A DNA stretch of 64,000 bases from Botryllus schlosseri (taxonomy: Eukaryota): contig CM119378.1 of assembly GCA_051294905.1 (NCBI GenBank), positions 10,230,001 to 10,294,000 on the forward strand, written 5' to 3'. Of the stretch, positions 26,217-36,293 are shown piece after piece. A program made the translations under genes and the position numbers. The stretch's first letter is position 1. Every line of letters starts with the position of its first letter. The notes beneath the pieces were generated by a model that saw nothing but the letters and a program-made list of their open reading frames with translations, searched no databases and was not told the DNA's origin.

Positions 26217-29200
26217 ATGAAGAAATTCTTCCGAAAGAAAAAATCGCCGGAGGCGGTTGCTGAGCTTGAGCAGGGTATACAACTGTTCAAAGCTACGCAA
26301 AGGCGTCACGAAAACGTAAGAGACCAGGAGAAAAGACTAACTCAAAGCGTCGCTGAACAGACGAAGCTCCTGCAGGACGTCAAAGCAGTTTTGCCAGTAG
26401 CGGTAAAAGAATTGGACAAAGCCAAAAAAGAGGTTACACAGGCCCAAGCAGATTTGAAAGCAGTCAGCGATGCCACAGCTAAAGTTAGTGGTAAAGTGTC
26501 CACTGATGTACTGAATCAAGTCTTGAAGGCCGAGTTTGAGTTGGGGAGAGAACACACTAGAGCAGTCGGGGATAAGCCCCCCCGACCATCTCCCGCTCTC
26601 GCAATATTACCTGCCACGCTACCACCGTCATACGATCAACAATCTGGACGAGGCACCGATAGGGCGACGCTCCGACCTAAACTCCAGGTTACCAAAGGCC
26701 TAGATTGTCATACAGTAACGGCAGTCTATCCCACTCTACCCGGATCAAAATCTGGAGATATGGTACGTAAGACGGCCCGAATATCATCGGCTCGTCGCAC
26801 CGGAACATCACAACAGGCCGGTCCTGCACTTCGACTGACTACGACGCCCGGCCAGAGACTGTCGGACGCAATGGAACAGATGCGATCGAGGTCCCTGGAC
26901 AGGTGTGAGCGAGACAATATGCCCGCTCCTGCTCCTAAAAATGGCCCTGGATCAGACGCCGAAGTGCGATTTGATGACGATTACCTACCCAGATACACCG
27001 AACCGTCAAGGTTTTTGCAGGCGGGGGTAGCCAGGAATGGCCGGGACAATGTACGACTGACTTTCGACGCGCTAGGAAAGCGTCGGGCGCGTAGTGAACC
27101 TGATGAGACAAGGCATGTGGTTTTCGAAGAAGCTGGCCGGGTCTCCCAAGGAGGAGAGCCAAAATGTGAGGGCCCCTCTCCAAATGACTTGCCACGACAG
27201 CATGAACGCCGACCAGATGAGCTGTTTGACGCGCTTAGGGGTCCAGGTTATTTTGATGAAGATTATGCGCCTTCTCAATTCACAACAGGACCACCTAGAT
27301 TTCAATCTACCCCTGATGACATTGATGGGAGCCCCAATCGCCCACAACGACAATTCGGCGGCCCGTATGAGGAGCTTGTTGGCAACCAAGCTCATGCACA
27401 TACAGTACATGTTGCCGAAAGACCTGCCAGACTTCAGACTGAGAAAGAAATGATGCAGCTCATGATGGACCCTGATGACATGCCGCTCGTCAAATGGATG
27501 GCGAATACAATGGAGCGCATTGAGCATGGGGAGGGTGATACTAACGAGGATATCATATTGTCAAATGCGATGCAGAAAAAGCTGAAACAAGCTGGACGCC
27601 AAAAACAAGCCAGGCAATTGGGAAATTTCTTCAATACCAATTCTGGTAAACCCAGCTGGGAGTCTGTCATGCGATCTCTATCATTGTCCAACCCACAAGG
27701 ATTGGCGAACAATGAGAAAATCATAAATGAGTTTCGAAATAACTACTCCTGGGACGACGAACCACTACCACTGCTCAACAGCACGCTAAAGCAGCTTGAA
27801 ATTAATATGGGTGATTGTATCACGAAAAGTCCGGATGGACTGCGCCTCTTCAGACACTTACGACGTCAACTCCCTCAGGCCCTTAGGATCTTAATCCGTG
27901 GGTATGAATATGGCTCTTGGAGAAATGTGGCTGAGGAATTGCAGATGTTCTGGAACACGGAATTTTTGGATGATCAAGAAGAGGGAAGATTCCCCCAGAA
28001 AGACAAACATAACAATAAGCGAAAAAATACTGATGCTATATCACCCCTACCACCAGTGCATATCTATAATGTGCAACCGGCGGGGCAGATAATGCCGAGT
28101 TATCCTACTCGACCAGTGCAAGCTGGTGCTGCGCCTACCATGATAAGTTCAGCCCCACCGCCCCCTCCACCACCCATGCCTGCCGGCAGGCCTCCCCAAT
28201 CTGCGCAAGCAACTGGACGTCAGCAATACTCGGCACAAAATCGTAATCCGCTGCCGCGACGAAATCCGGGTCGTACAGCCAAAACAAACCGTTTTCCTAA
28301 TGCCGTGATGGCTGGTGGAAACCCCTATCGAAGGAGTGCTGCACCCGGGAGGCAGACGGGATCGAGGGTCCTAGGAAGGTCGGGAAGACAGCCCGACGCG
28401 AGCAGAAACAACGGCCAGCGTCCACGAAACTCTCAAAACGTACGAACGACTCCGGGAATGCCAGCATCAGACCAGAGGGGACGCGGCCTACCGCAGACTC
28501 AAGATTCGGGCGTCGGGGTGGACCATTCGCAGCTAACGCCGTCCAACAGTCAAGAGGCGAGCCAGATTTCGAACACCCAAGGTGAGAGGTATAATTTCCT
28601 TGGCAACCCTAATATATTTGCGCCATTAGGGTTGTATTTACATCCCTCGCAGGGACAGGCCTTGTCGGTCTGTTATTATTGTAAATCGCCGGGGCATCAA
28701 TCTCGCAATTGCGTGGTAAAATTCATATTGTGGCTGAATGATCAGGTACTGACTAAAGATGATGTATTGGGCTGGATTATAAGAAAACGTGTTCGACCGG
28801 TGCCCGCCCATGTCAAAGAAACAACTGAACAAAATTGGCTTCCCTTTTTGGAGTCTAACCAACTACTGACAATACCCGATTTGGACCGGTATTTTGCGTC
28901 TCAGGGCTCTCCCTCGTTCATTGAGAGAACCACCCTATGTGAGGCTTATTATGACGATAGACCCAAAAATCGTGACAAGACTCATTGGCATAATAGAGAG
29001 CAATGGGGGCCACAAGGACCACCAAATATGGGGGGTCAGCCTGCTAATAATGCTAATACTGTCGCATGGACCCAACCTCAATATACCCCACCCCAATATC
29101 ACGAACCCCATTATCACCAACAATTCCAACCCAGTAATAACCCATACTGGACTGATGAGGAATTGCACCAGGGCTTGGTGCTGGCAAAAAACGCGGCGCT

Positions 29201-29243
29201 TCTTCGATATACGCCCCAGATCGAAACAGTGCTTCACATGTAA
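26217..29243 (+). CDS. gag: Gag polyprotein; the last ~16 codons are contributed by the inserted MITE
   Basis: Polybasic N-terminus, coiled coil, PPSY and YPTL motifs, capsid-like core conserved with copy 2, and CCHC knuckle CYYCKSPGHQSRNC (28671-28712). Confidence 0.85.
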   Translation: MKKFFRKKKSPEAVAELEQGIQLFKATQRRHENVRDQEKRLTQSVAEQTKLLQDVKAVLPVAVKELDKAKKEVTQAQADLKAVSDATAKVSGKVSTDVLNQVLKAEFELGREHTRAVGDKPPRPSPALAILPATLPPSYDQQSGRGTDRATLRPKLQVTKGLDCHTVTAVYPTLPGSKSGDMVRKTARISSARRTGTSQQAGPALRLTTTPGQRLSDAMEQMRSRSLDRCERDNMPAPAPKNGPGSDAEVRFDDDYLPRYTEPSRFLQAGVARNGRDNVRLTFDALGKRRARSEPDETRHVVFEEAGRVSQGGEPKCEGPSPNDLPRQHERRPDELFDALRGPGYFDEDYAPSQFTTGPPRFQSTPDDIDGSPNRPQRQFGGPYEELVGNQAHAHTVHVAERPARLQTEKEMMQLMMDPDDMPLVKWMANTMERIEHGEGDTNEDIILSNAMQKKLKQAGRQKQARQLGNFFNTNSGKPSWESVMRSLSLSNPQGLANNEKIINEFRNNYSWDDEPLPLLNSTLKQLEINMGDCITKSPDGLRLFRHLRRQLPQALRILIRGYEYGSWRNVAEELQMFWNTEFLDDQEEGRFPQKDKHNNKRKNTDAISPLPPVHIYNVQPAGQIMPSYPTRPVQAGAAPTMISSAPPPPPPPMPAGRPPQSAQATGRQQYSAQNRNPLPRRNPGRTAKTNRFPNAVMAGGNPYRRSAAPGRQTGSRVLGRSGRQPDASRNNGQRPRNSQNVRTTPGMPASDQRGRGLPQTQDSGVGVDHSQLTPSNSQEASQISNTQGERYNFLGNPNIFAPLGLYLHPSQGQALSVCYYCKSPGHQSRNCVVKFILWLNDQVLTKDDVLGWIIRKRVRPVPAHVKETTEQNWLPFLESNQLLTIPDLDRYFASQGSPSFIERTTLCEAYYDDRPKNRDKTHWHNREQWGPQGPPNMGGQPANNANTVAWTQPQYTPPQYHEPHYHQQFQPSNNPYWTDEELHQGLVLAKNAALLRYTPQIETVLHM
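29186..29192 (+). promoter_or_regulatory. -1 ribosomal frameshift slippery site A AAA AAC
   Basis: After removing the MITE, gag reads LAKNAWGR* and pol continues in the -1 frame as KKRLGALMDPVNQ. Confidence 0.75.
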
Positions 29244-30075
29244 CCAGCAAGTGTTTCCCATGAACACGATCAAATTTTATAAACGTCAAAATAAATTGTT
29301 TTTTGCCTGTGGAGAGACGGATATTAGGGTTGGATGTGGGTTAGGCATATCAGGGTTGGGGGTAGGTGGATATTAGGGTTGTGTTAGGGTATTCCGGGGG
29401 AAGGGGGTTATTAGGGTTGGAGGTGGGTTAGGGTCAAAGTTGGTGTTAGGGTATCCCAAGATTAGGGTTGGGGATATTATGGTCGGGAGAGTGTGGAATA
29501 TCGTGTCCTGCACTCCAAACCTATTCTTGGGTTACCCTTACCCTAACACAGCTCTAGCCCCAACCCAGCTCTAACCATAACTCTAAACCCATCCCCTAAC
29601 CCTAATATCCCCCCTCCCCAACCCTAATATCCCTATTTCCTAACCCTAACACAGCTCTAACCCTAACTCTAAACCCATCCCTTAAACCTAATATCCCCCC
29701 TCCCCAACCCTAATATCCCCCTCTCCTCCAACCCTAATATCCCCATTTCCTAACCCTAACACAGCTCTAACCCTAACCCTAATTACCCCCTCTCCTCCAA
29801 CCCTAATATCCCCCTTTCCCAACCCTAATATCCATCATTCCTCGAACCCTAATATCCCCCCTCTCCAACTCTAATATCCCCCTCTACTCAACCCTAAAAT
29901 CCACCCTCCCCAGTCCTAATATCCCCCTCTCCTCCAACCATAATACCCCCCTTCCACAACAAAGACAAAAAACAATTTATTTTGACGTTTATAAATTTTA
30001 TTGTGTTCATGTGAAACATTTGTTGGTGTCATGGGGAGCACTGTTTCGATCTGGGGCGTATATCGAAGAAGCGCC
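29195..30075. mobile_element. Merlin-type MITE filled with telomere-like repeats
   Basis: Perfect 39-bp TIR GGCGCTTCTTCGATATACGCCCCAGATCGAAACAGTGCT, imperfect to ~125 bp. 8-bp TSD AAAAACGC (29187-29194, 30076-30083). Degenerate TTAGGG array in the left arm and CCCTAA array in the right arm. Confidence 0.85.
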
Positions 30076-30083
30076 AAAAACGC

Positions 30084-33000
30084 TTGGGGGCGCTGATGGA
30101 TCCGGTAAATCAGTTGCCCGATTTAGTGTTACCCCATTATACGAAAACTATACATAACTCTGAATTACCCATATTTACCTTTTTTGATTTGCCGGACAAA
30201 ATGCCGCAACCCGATTTTAGGGACTTATTTGGCGGACAATTATTGTATTTTACAGACACAAAAACAGGTACACAATTTCTTGCGGATACAGGAAGTGTTC
30301 CTAACCTGATAACCCAAGATGCCGTTAAAGCTACCTACCCAGAAAGCTGGACTGAAAGACAACCACTCGATATGAAATTACGCGGCATAGGAGGATCATC
30401 CAGTGTCGACTTTGTCGTCATCATCAAGCTGGACAACCTACCGGTTCCGTTTGCAACTGGTGAAGGAGTCCCGTTAAACATTATCGGACTGAAATGGATT
30501 GAGCAAGTTCAACGGCTACCCTCAGTAGCGACAGAATTGAAGGATCCCACTACAGTGAATTATGAACTATCATTGTCCGTGTATTCGGACACGGCAAAAA
30601 CCATAGCTGGGAGCAGTACTTGCAACGCTGCTACTGGTGATGGGTCGGTGGAAGCTGCAACGTTACATAGCGTCGAGACTGGAAGCCCAGCTGGCGCCCC
30701 TCGGGACCATAGATGTCCCTGTCTCTCGGAAGGATTTTGCGCCAAGTGTGGAGAAACCACGGATACAAAATTAAGTCGGGTGAGCGCTGTGACCCCGAAA
30801 TCCTTACGTGCTGAGCGCGGAAGCCCCACTAGCACCTCTCAGGAACGACATGTTCAAGAGATTCCTGAAAACTACGGCCACTGCATTCGCCACGATAGAA
30901 GAGTGGGAATCGTTCACGACGGCTCCATGGCCGCAGCAGTTGTGCCGCAAACCGAGAAGATAGCATTGAAAGCAGCTGTCGACATCCACACTACAAATTT
31001 TGTGGATGGAGAAGAGTCTGGAGGCCATATGCACGCCTCTCCAGAAAAAGGGCCCCCGGTGGGCGTTGAAACCGCCGGCGTGAAGTTGGATGCGGGCACG
31101 CAGCCCCTTCAGAGGCAGAAAAAATCGAGTGTGGAAGCCCCACTGATTACTGATACCCTCGCTCTCTCTCCACCGGCATCAAAACCGCGCCACGGCCTCT
31201 ATAGACATGGTCGTGGCCCGATAAAAACGTATGAACTGTATGATGGAACTGATAAGAAAGTGAAGACAGAGTTGGAACGGCTATGCAGCCAAGCGGTTGA
31301 ACTTGCCAAATCTGCATATAAACCTCCAGACCTCACATGTCCGGATAATACAATTATACCGGACCAGGTTTGGAGAGAGATTTACGAGCCGTACGCGAAC
31401 GAACTTGAAGACCTGCGAGGTCATCTCAAAGCTCCACAAGTTATGGATTATAAATGTGACATTGAACTTAAGGACCCCTCTACCAAACCATTTGTGTCAG
31501 GTCCGTATAACCTGAAGGGGAAGGACCAGGCTAAGGCATTGCAAGAAGCCGTAGAAAACTTCCTGGATTTGGGAGTCATTGAACAGGGGTTTGCCCAATG
31601 GAAACTGGCCATTTTCGTGGTACCCCAGAAAATGAATGAACGGCAAAAACAAGAGGACGGATGGAAACAAGCGTGGAGAGTTGTACAAAATCTTCAACCA
31701 TTGAACGCTGCCATCAAGTCTATAGAAGTTCCCCCTCCCCTTGTACCTGACGTAAAGCAGCACGCGCAAGGGCGAGAGGTACTTTCCCTGCTGGACTTGA
31801 AGAAGGCCTATTTCCACATGGATATGACGGAAAGGTCTAAGCAGTATGTAGGCATTGCTGTGAAGGGAATGCATATACGATGGCGCAAGATGCCGATGGG
31901 GCTCCGCATTTCGCTGGCGTTTTGGATGTCCAATATGCAGAAATGCGTGGTCACGCCTATCACAGAGAGTTACCGGAAGTGCATGAAAGAACATGGTCGT
32001 ATGGACGAAGCTACAGCGACGCCCATCGAGGCCTACATCGATGATATATTTCTAAGTACGAAGACAGTCGACGATCACCTGGTGCTATTACGACTGGTGT
32101 TTGAACAACTGGCTAACATGAAACTGACTGTAAGCATCAATAAGTGTTTCTTTGGTAAACGGCGGGTAAACCTGCTGGGTGCAACCGTAACGGGTAAGGA
32201 AATCGAAGTTCAGCCCGAACGAGTGCGAGCACTCAAAGAACTTGCGCCACCCCACAATATTTACGAACTCCGGGGGTGGATTGGTGCACTTCGATATATC
32301 TCAGAACATATACCGGAGTTGAGCCTAAAACTGGCTAAATTTGACGCTCTCACTGGAAAAGTTCCAGCGACTCAGGGCAGAATAACACCGTTACTATGGA
32401 CTAAAGAATTGCTACATGATTTCAAGACAGCGCAAGCCTTGCTAAACGATACAAGGGTGCTGTATCATCTCAACCCAGATCTTCCCTTGTATGTCGAAAC
32501 AGATGCATCTGATGTGGGTTTTGGCTCGGTGATATTTCAAACAGAAGTGGGATGTACCCCACCATTCGACAAGGTGTACACTATCGCTTTTTACAGCCAA
32601 AAATGGACTACACCCACGGCGAAAGTGTACGACCCCTGTACAAAAGAACTAAAGGCTCTGAAGGATTCTGTGGAAAAATGGCAATCGATGTTACGCGCAC
32701 TACCGTTCACGATCATCACAGACAACATGGGCGTGTTTGGGCTGTTGAAAAGAATGACAGACAATGCCAAGAACCCAAGCCCTAAACCACTGATTCAACG
32801 GTGGCTCAATCAGTTATCGGGTTTTCAAATCGAAAAGGTGATACACTTGAGTACCTCACAAGTGTTTACCTCCGACGGCCTTTCCCGCTCTTACTGGATG
32901 GAGATGGCTGCGGGAGAAGATGACCCCGGAGTATGGACGGCTCGTCCTTCAAGCGAAAACACCGAGGGACACACCATCAACAGCACACGAGATCGCGAAA

Positions 33001-33530
33001 GTGTGCAAAGATTTTTGATACGTCACTGTAGACACGAAGTATGTGATAACAGTGAAAACGGTATTCATCCCTGGGAAAACGTACAACAACTCCTGAAAGA
33101 GAAGCTGGGAAGGGATCTCCCGATGGCCACGCTAAAACGGATCATGCGGGACAGCACCAGAGCGGTAGTCTCGGATAAAGGGTTGGCGGCCGCACAGGGA
33201 CATACCGTGGGAGAACCCCCTCATTATGAACAATATTTAAATAATGACAAATTGTATCATATGACTACACGTACCAGAGCCATACAAATCATGAATAGCG
33301 AACTCAGACGTATGGGTAGGAGGTATGTACACCTCAGCATACAGGAGCCAAGCTATAAATATATTCGGGGAGCAGCTTTAGAAATGGACTCATGCGATCT
33401 CCGAAAACTGGGATTAACTCTATTGCAATCACCCAATTCGGACGTGGTTTTGTGTGAAGGCCCTATCCCAAATGCACATATACGTCTCGCGCACGAAATC
33501 GTGAGTCGAACACGGTCAAACAGCGCATAA
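30084..33530 (+). CDS. pol: Pol: aspartic protease, reverse transcriptase, Ty3/Gypsy-type RNase H and an unknown C-terminal domain; no integrase
   Basis: Protease FLADTGS and IIGLKWI. RT LLDLKKAYFHM, MPMGL, AYIDDIFL, KCFFG. RNase H TDASDVG, KELKAL, ITDN, SDGLSR. No HHCC or DDE motif downstream. Confidence 0.92.
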   Translation: MGALMDPVNQLPDLVLPHYTKTIHNSELPIFTFFDLPDKMPQPDFRDLFGGQLLYFTDTKTGTQFLADTGSVPNLITQDAVKATYPESWTERQPLDMKLRGIGGSSSVDFVVIIKLDNLPVPFATGEGVPLNIIGLKWIEQVQRLPSVATELKDPTTVNYELSLSVYSDTAKTIAGSSTCNAATGDGSVEAATLHSVETGSPAGAPRDHRCPCLSEGFCAKCGETTDTKLSRVSAVTPKSLRAERGSPTSTSQERHVQEIPENYGHCIRHDRRVGIVHDGSMAAAVVPQTEKIALKAAVDIHTTNFVDGEESGGHMHASPEKGPPVGVETAGVKLDAGTQPLQRQKKSSVEAPLITDTLALSPPASKPRHGLYRHGRGPIKTYELYDGTDKKVKTELERLCSQAVELAKSAYKPPDLTCPDNTIIPDQVWREIYEPYANELEDLRGHLKAPQVMDYKCDIELKDPSTKPFVSGPYNLKGKDQAKALQEAVENFLDLGVIEQGFAQWKLAIFVVPQKMNERQKQEDGWKQAWRVVQNLQPLNAAIKSIEVPPPLVPDVKQHAQGREVLSLLDLKKAYFHMDMTERSKQYVGIAVKGMHIRWRKMPMGLRISLAFWMSNMQKCVVTPITESYRKCMKEHGRMDEATATPIEAYIDDIFLSTKTVDDHLVLLRLVFEQLANMKLTVSINKCFFGKRRVNLLGATVTGKEIEVQPERVRALKELAPPHNIYELRGWIGALRYISEHIPELSLKLAKFDALTGKVPATQGRITPLLWTKELLHDFKTAQALLNDTRVLYHLNPDLPLYVETDASDVGFGSVIFQTEVGCTPPFDKVYTIAFYSQKWTTPTAKVYDPCTKELKALKDSVEKWQSMLRALPFTIITDNMGVFGLLKRMTDNAKNPSPKPLIQRWLNQLSGFQIEKVIHLSTSQVFTSDGLSRSYWMEMAAGEDDPGVWTARPSSENTEGHTINSTRDRESVQRFLIRHCRHEVCDNSENGIHPWENVQQLLKEKLGRDLPMATLKRIMRDSTRAVVSDKGLAAAQGHTVGEPPHYEQYLNNDKLYHMTTRTRAIQIMNSELRRMGRRYVHLSIQEPSYKYIRGAALEMDSCDLRKLGLTLLQSPNSDVVLCEGPIPNAHIRLAHEIVSRTRSNSA

Positions 33531-33995
33531 AGTCATGTACAGAAAGACACGTAAAAAATAAAATAAAAAAAAATAAAAAAAAAAAATATTTTTTTTTTGT
33601 TTAAACCTGCGTTAAATGGTTACTAATAGTACCGTGAAAAGTGGTTGTTTGTTGCATTTGATTCTATATGGAATTCATGTATTATAAGCCCTAATATGTA
33701 TACGTAATTTCGATGTTCATGGGGAAACATTTAAGATTAGATAAAAGATACATGTGAAACACTAAATAGATAGTGAATCACATGTACGAGTAAAGGACGG
33801 CGTCTGGTACAGGAGTTCCAACATTTTGATGTTAGCATTTATTACTACAACGCATACTTCAGCAATGAGCTTCGGTGACCCCACCTTACATTCTACAACG
33901 GGGAGTCACAACATGATGCAGCAATCCTGCATTTACACAGCGTATTAATGCACAAGGCACAATTTTCCATCACGCGTATCTATATTCTACGCGAT

Positions 33996-34280
33996 TTACT
34001 GCAACACATAATCATTCAAATGTCTTGGTCTAACAATTCGTCTCCCTCTGGACGTATATCTTGGACTTGACTCGTTGAGAGTTCTGCCTTCATTACATGT
34101 TTGGGTCTTAGATTTGGGTTCATGTCCATTATTATCGCGATCGACGTCAACAGGTAAGCAATCAGATACACGCTCTCGAGACGCGTCACTAACACTACTC
34201 GGACAGTCGCTATCGCTGTCATCACTACTAGCCGACACTACACACGCGTCGCCCGGAGTTACCGCGGAGTTTAGTACCAC
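33996..34280 (-). pseudogene. Integrase C-terminal tail of the minus-strand LTR element
   Basis: Low-complexity linker ending PRYTSRGRRIVRPRHLNDYVLQ*, the typical Gypsy RxxRxPxxLxDYV terminus. Confidence 0.6.
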
Positions 34281-35299
34281 TCTGTCCGCATCAACGGGCG
34301 GAAAGTAACATCAGTCTGTTTATACAGACTACTGAAATACAAAGCAACAACATTAGGCGCTCAAAAAAACATTACCATCACTTAATACCTCAAAACAACA
34401 CATACACGACATTACGGCAACATTAAAGGATACATTACATTGGGCATTCAGAAAACCGATAATATCACTCGCACACGAACTAATTAGCAAGATACTGTTA
34501 TGGGTATAAAAAAATTCGAATATTCACCTGCAATCATTTTATTCTAACTTGATATGAAACTTCCTAATTCATATCACGTAGCATTTAACATTGGTATATA
34601 GTATATACCAACAGAACGAGAGTGTGCCCTATTTATTGTATTACATGCAAAGCAATGTTTGCAAATATCATGCACTACCGCGGTGCATATTTTCTCAATG
34701 ATATACTCAACATAAGGGTATCGTCGTACGGCAGAGGCCTAATATCTCTTCATAAGGCTTGCAATATATCATTATTCATCACACATACATATCAAGCTAT
34801 TCAGCTATTGGATGCATCATGGCATCGAATAAATAGGGTAGCCTTCATGCTACGGGTTTACCCGCACACTTCTCTAATCAAAACATTATGCTATACAAGC
34901 ACCTGCGACTGTCCTGCGTCCTACCGCTGTCAACAGCGCAGGATTTGACTCGCAGGAAATGCGACCCCTACCTGGGTTTAGAAACCAATGATTGCAAGTT
35001 ACTTTACTAAACTACACTTTGTCAATATCCCAATAACAGCAACCAACTAACGTCGTAGTGCAAGAAAATAAAATCGATCTACCTTTCATTTTTCTAATCC
35101 GTGTGATGCATGATTGGAGCACCACCGTCCGCAAATCTGCTTAGCTTCTGCGATTTCCGACCGATTTCTGACACTGCATACGTTGTCTTCATTATTGTCT
35201 TCTCTCTGGCGTCTTGATCGTCCAAAAGCACAACTCCACTGCATTTCTTCTGGTTGGTCTTTCTCACCGTCGTGCAGGGCGAATCTTCGTTGTCAATTC

Positions 35300-35402
35300 T
35301 TCTTGCGAGAACGTCGCGATGACTTTTGTGAATTTCTTCGTGCGAGAACGTCGCGATGACTTTTGTTAATTTCTTCGTGCGAGAACGTCGCGATGACTTT
35401 TG
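35300..35402. repeat. 36-bp tandem repeat x3 in the LTR element leader
   Basis: TGCGAGAACGTCGCGATGACTTTTG... repeated three times. Confidence 0.85.
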
Positions 35403-35507
35403 ATGTATGTCCTCGTCACTGATTGCTGATTGATCCTTCTCACCGTCGTGCAAGGCGAATTTTTATCTTGATTGTCTTCGGTCGGCCGGTCGGTCTTGAT
35501 TAATTGA

Positions 35508-35522
35508 ACGTCGGGTTCACCA
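35508..35522 (-). promoter_or_regulatory. Primer-binding site, tRNA-Trp
   Basis: Minus strand TGGTGAACCCGACGT vs the tRNA-Trp 3' complement TGGTGACCCCGACGT (14/15). One nucleotide from the 5' LTR. Confidence 0.85.
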
Positions 35523-35523
35523 C

Positions 35524-36075
35524 TTTAACGCAGAGCGAACGTTTGTAGTTGTATAATTGTATATCTGACTCCAGAAAGGTTGCGTTTACGATTCGCTGCG
35601 TGTTTCTTCTTCCGTTCGACGACCGGCGTAACCACGCCGTACGACCTTGTTGGCTGACGTATCACGAAGCCTGTCTCTTGCACACGAATTCGATGGATCA
35701 CACTGACGAACATATTTTGTTTCTGTCTCCACGACTTGTAATTTTATTGCCAATCACGTATGGCTCAAAATGCGATCTATATTCCCTCAATCAGCGAAAT
35801 ACTTATGAATGTCTATCGACTTCCGAATCATCGAAATAACCATGAATGTATATCGACTTCCGAATCAGCTAATAATCATGAATGTATATGTACGCTGTAT
35901 TACATCCGTATATATATCATAGCCACAAGAGATTACGTGCACCAAACATCGTACGATTTATTTCCCTTATCTATAATTCACACGACAAATATACGACTCA
36001 CGAAGGTCTTATTGGGTTTACCAACTCCTTATTGAATATAATTAAAATGGCGTTATACCAATATACTTCGTTAAA
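35524..36075 (-). repeat. 5' LTR of the minus-strand element
   Basis: 552-bp copy of 4643-5194, adjacent to the PBS. Confidence 0.9.
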
Positions 36076-36293
36076 TCAGTGTTGCTAGGTTATTCCACAA
36101 CAACAAGCAAACAAATCTGATAAACAATCCCAAAACAAGCGAATTTTAAGCCGAGGCAAGCCCCAAAACAAGCAACAATTTTCATAAGGCAAAACATTGT
36201 ATTTACAATACAATTCACTCAGATATAGGCCTAACATGTGAAACGATGTCATTTTCCTGTCTATCATCCACAGTGTCCTGATACATGCTTTCA

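Larger units (their letters stand above)
4643..36075 (-). mobile_element. Internally deleted LTR retrotransposon (minus strand) that hosts the 28-kb block
   Basis: Two 552-bp direct repeats, about six differences by eye. 5-bp TSD TCAGT (4638-4642, 36076-36080). PBS next to the right LTR, PPT next to the left LTR, and an integrase-tail remnant at 33996-34280. Confidence 0.85.

Noticed and set aside
29320-29960. Head-to-head TTAGGG/CCCTAA arrays as a chromosome-fusion scar
   Set aside because: The arrays are enclosed by a 39-bp TIR and 8-bp TSD inside a retroelement, so they are MITE content.
4643-36075. 552-bp repeats as the LTRs of the + strand gag-pol/env block
   Set aside because: Their PBS and PPT are on the minus strand, and gag-pol has its own PBS and LTR-like segment.
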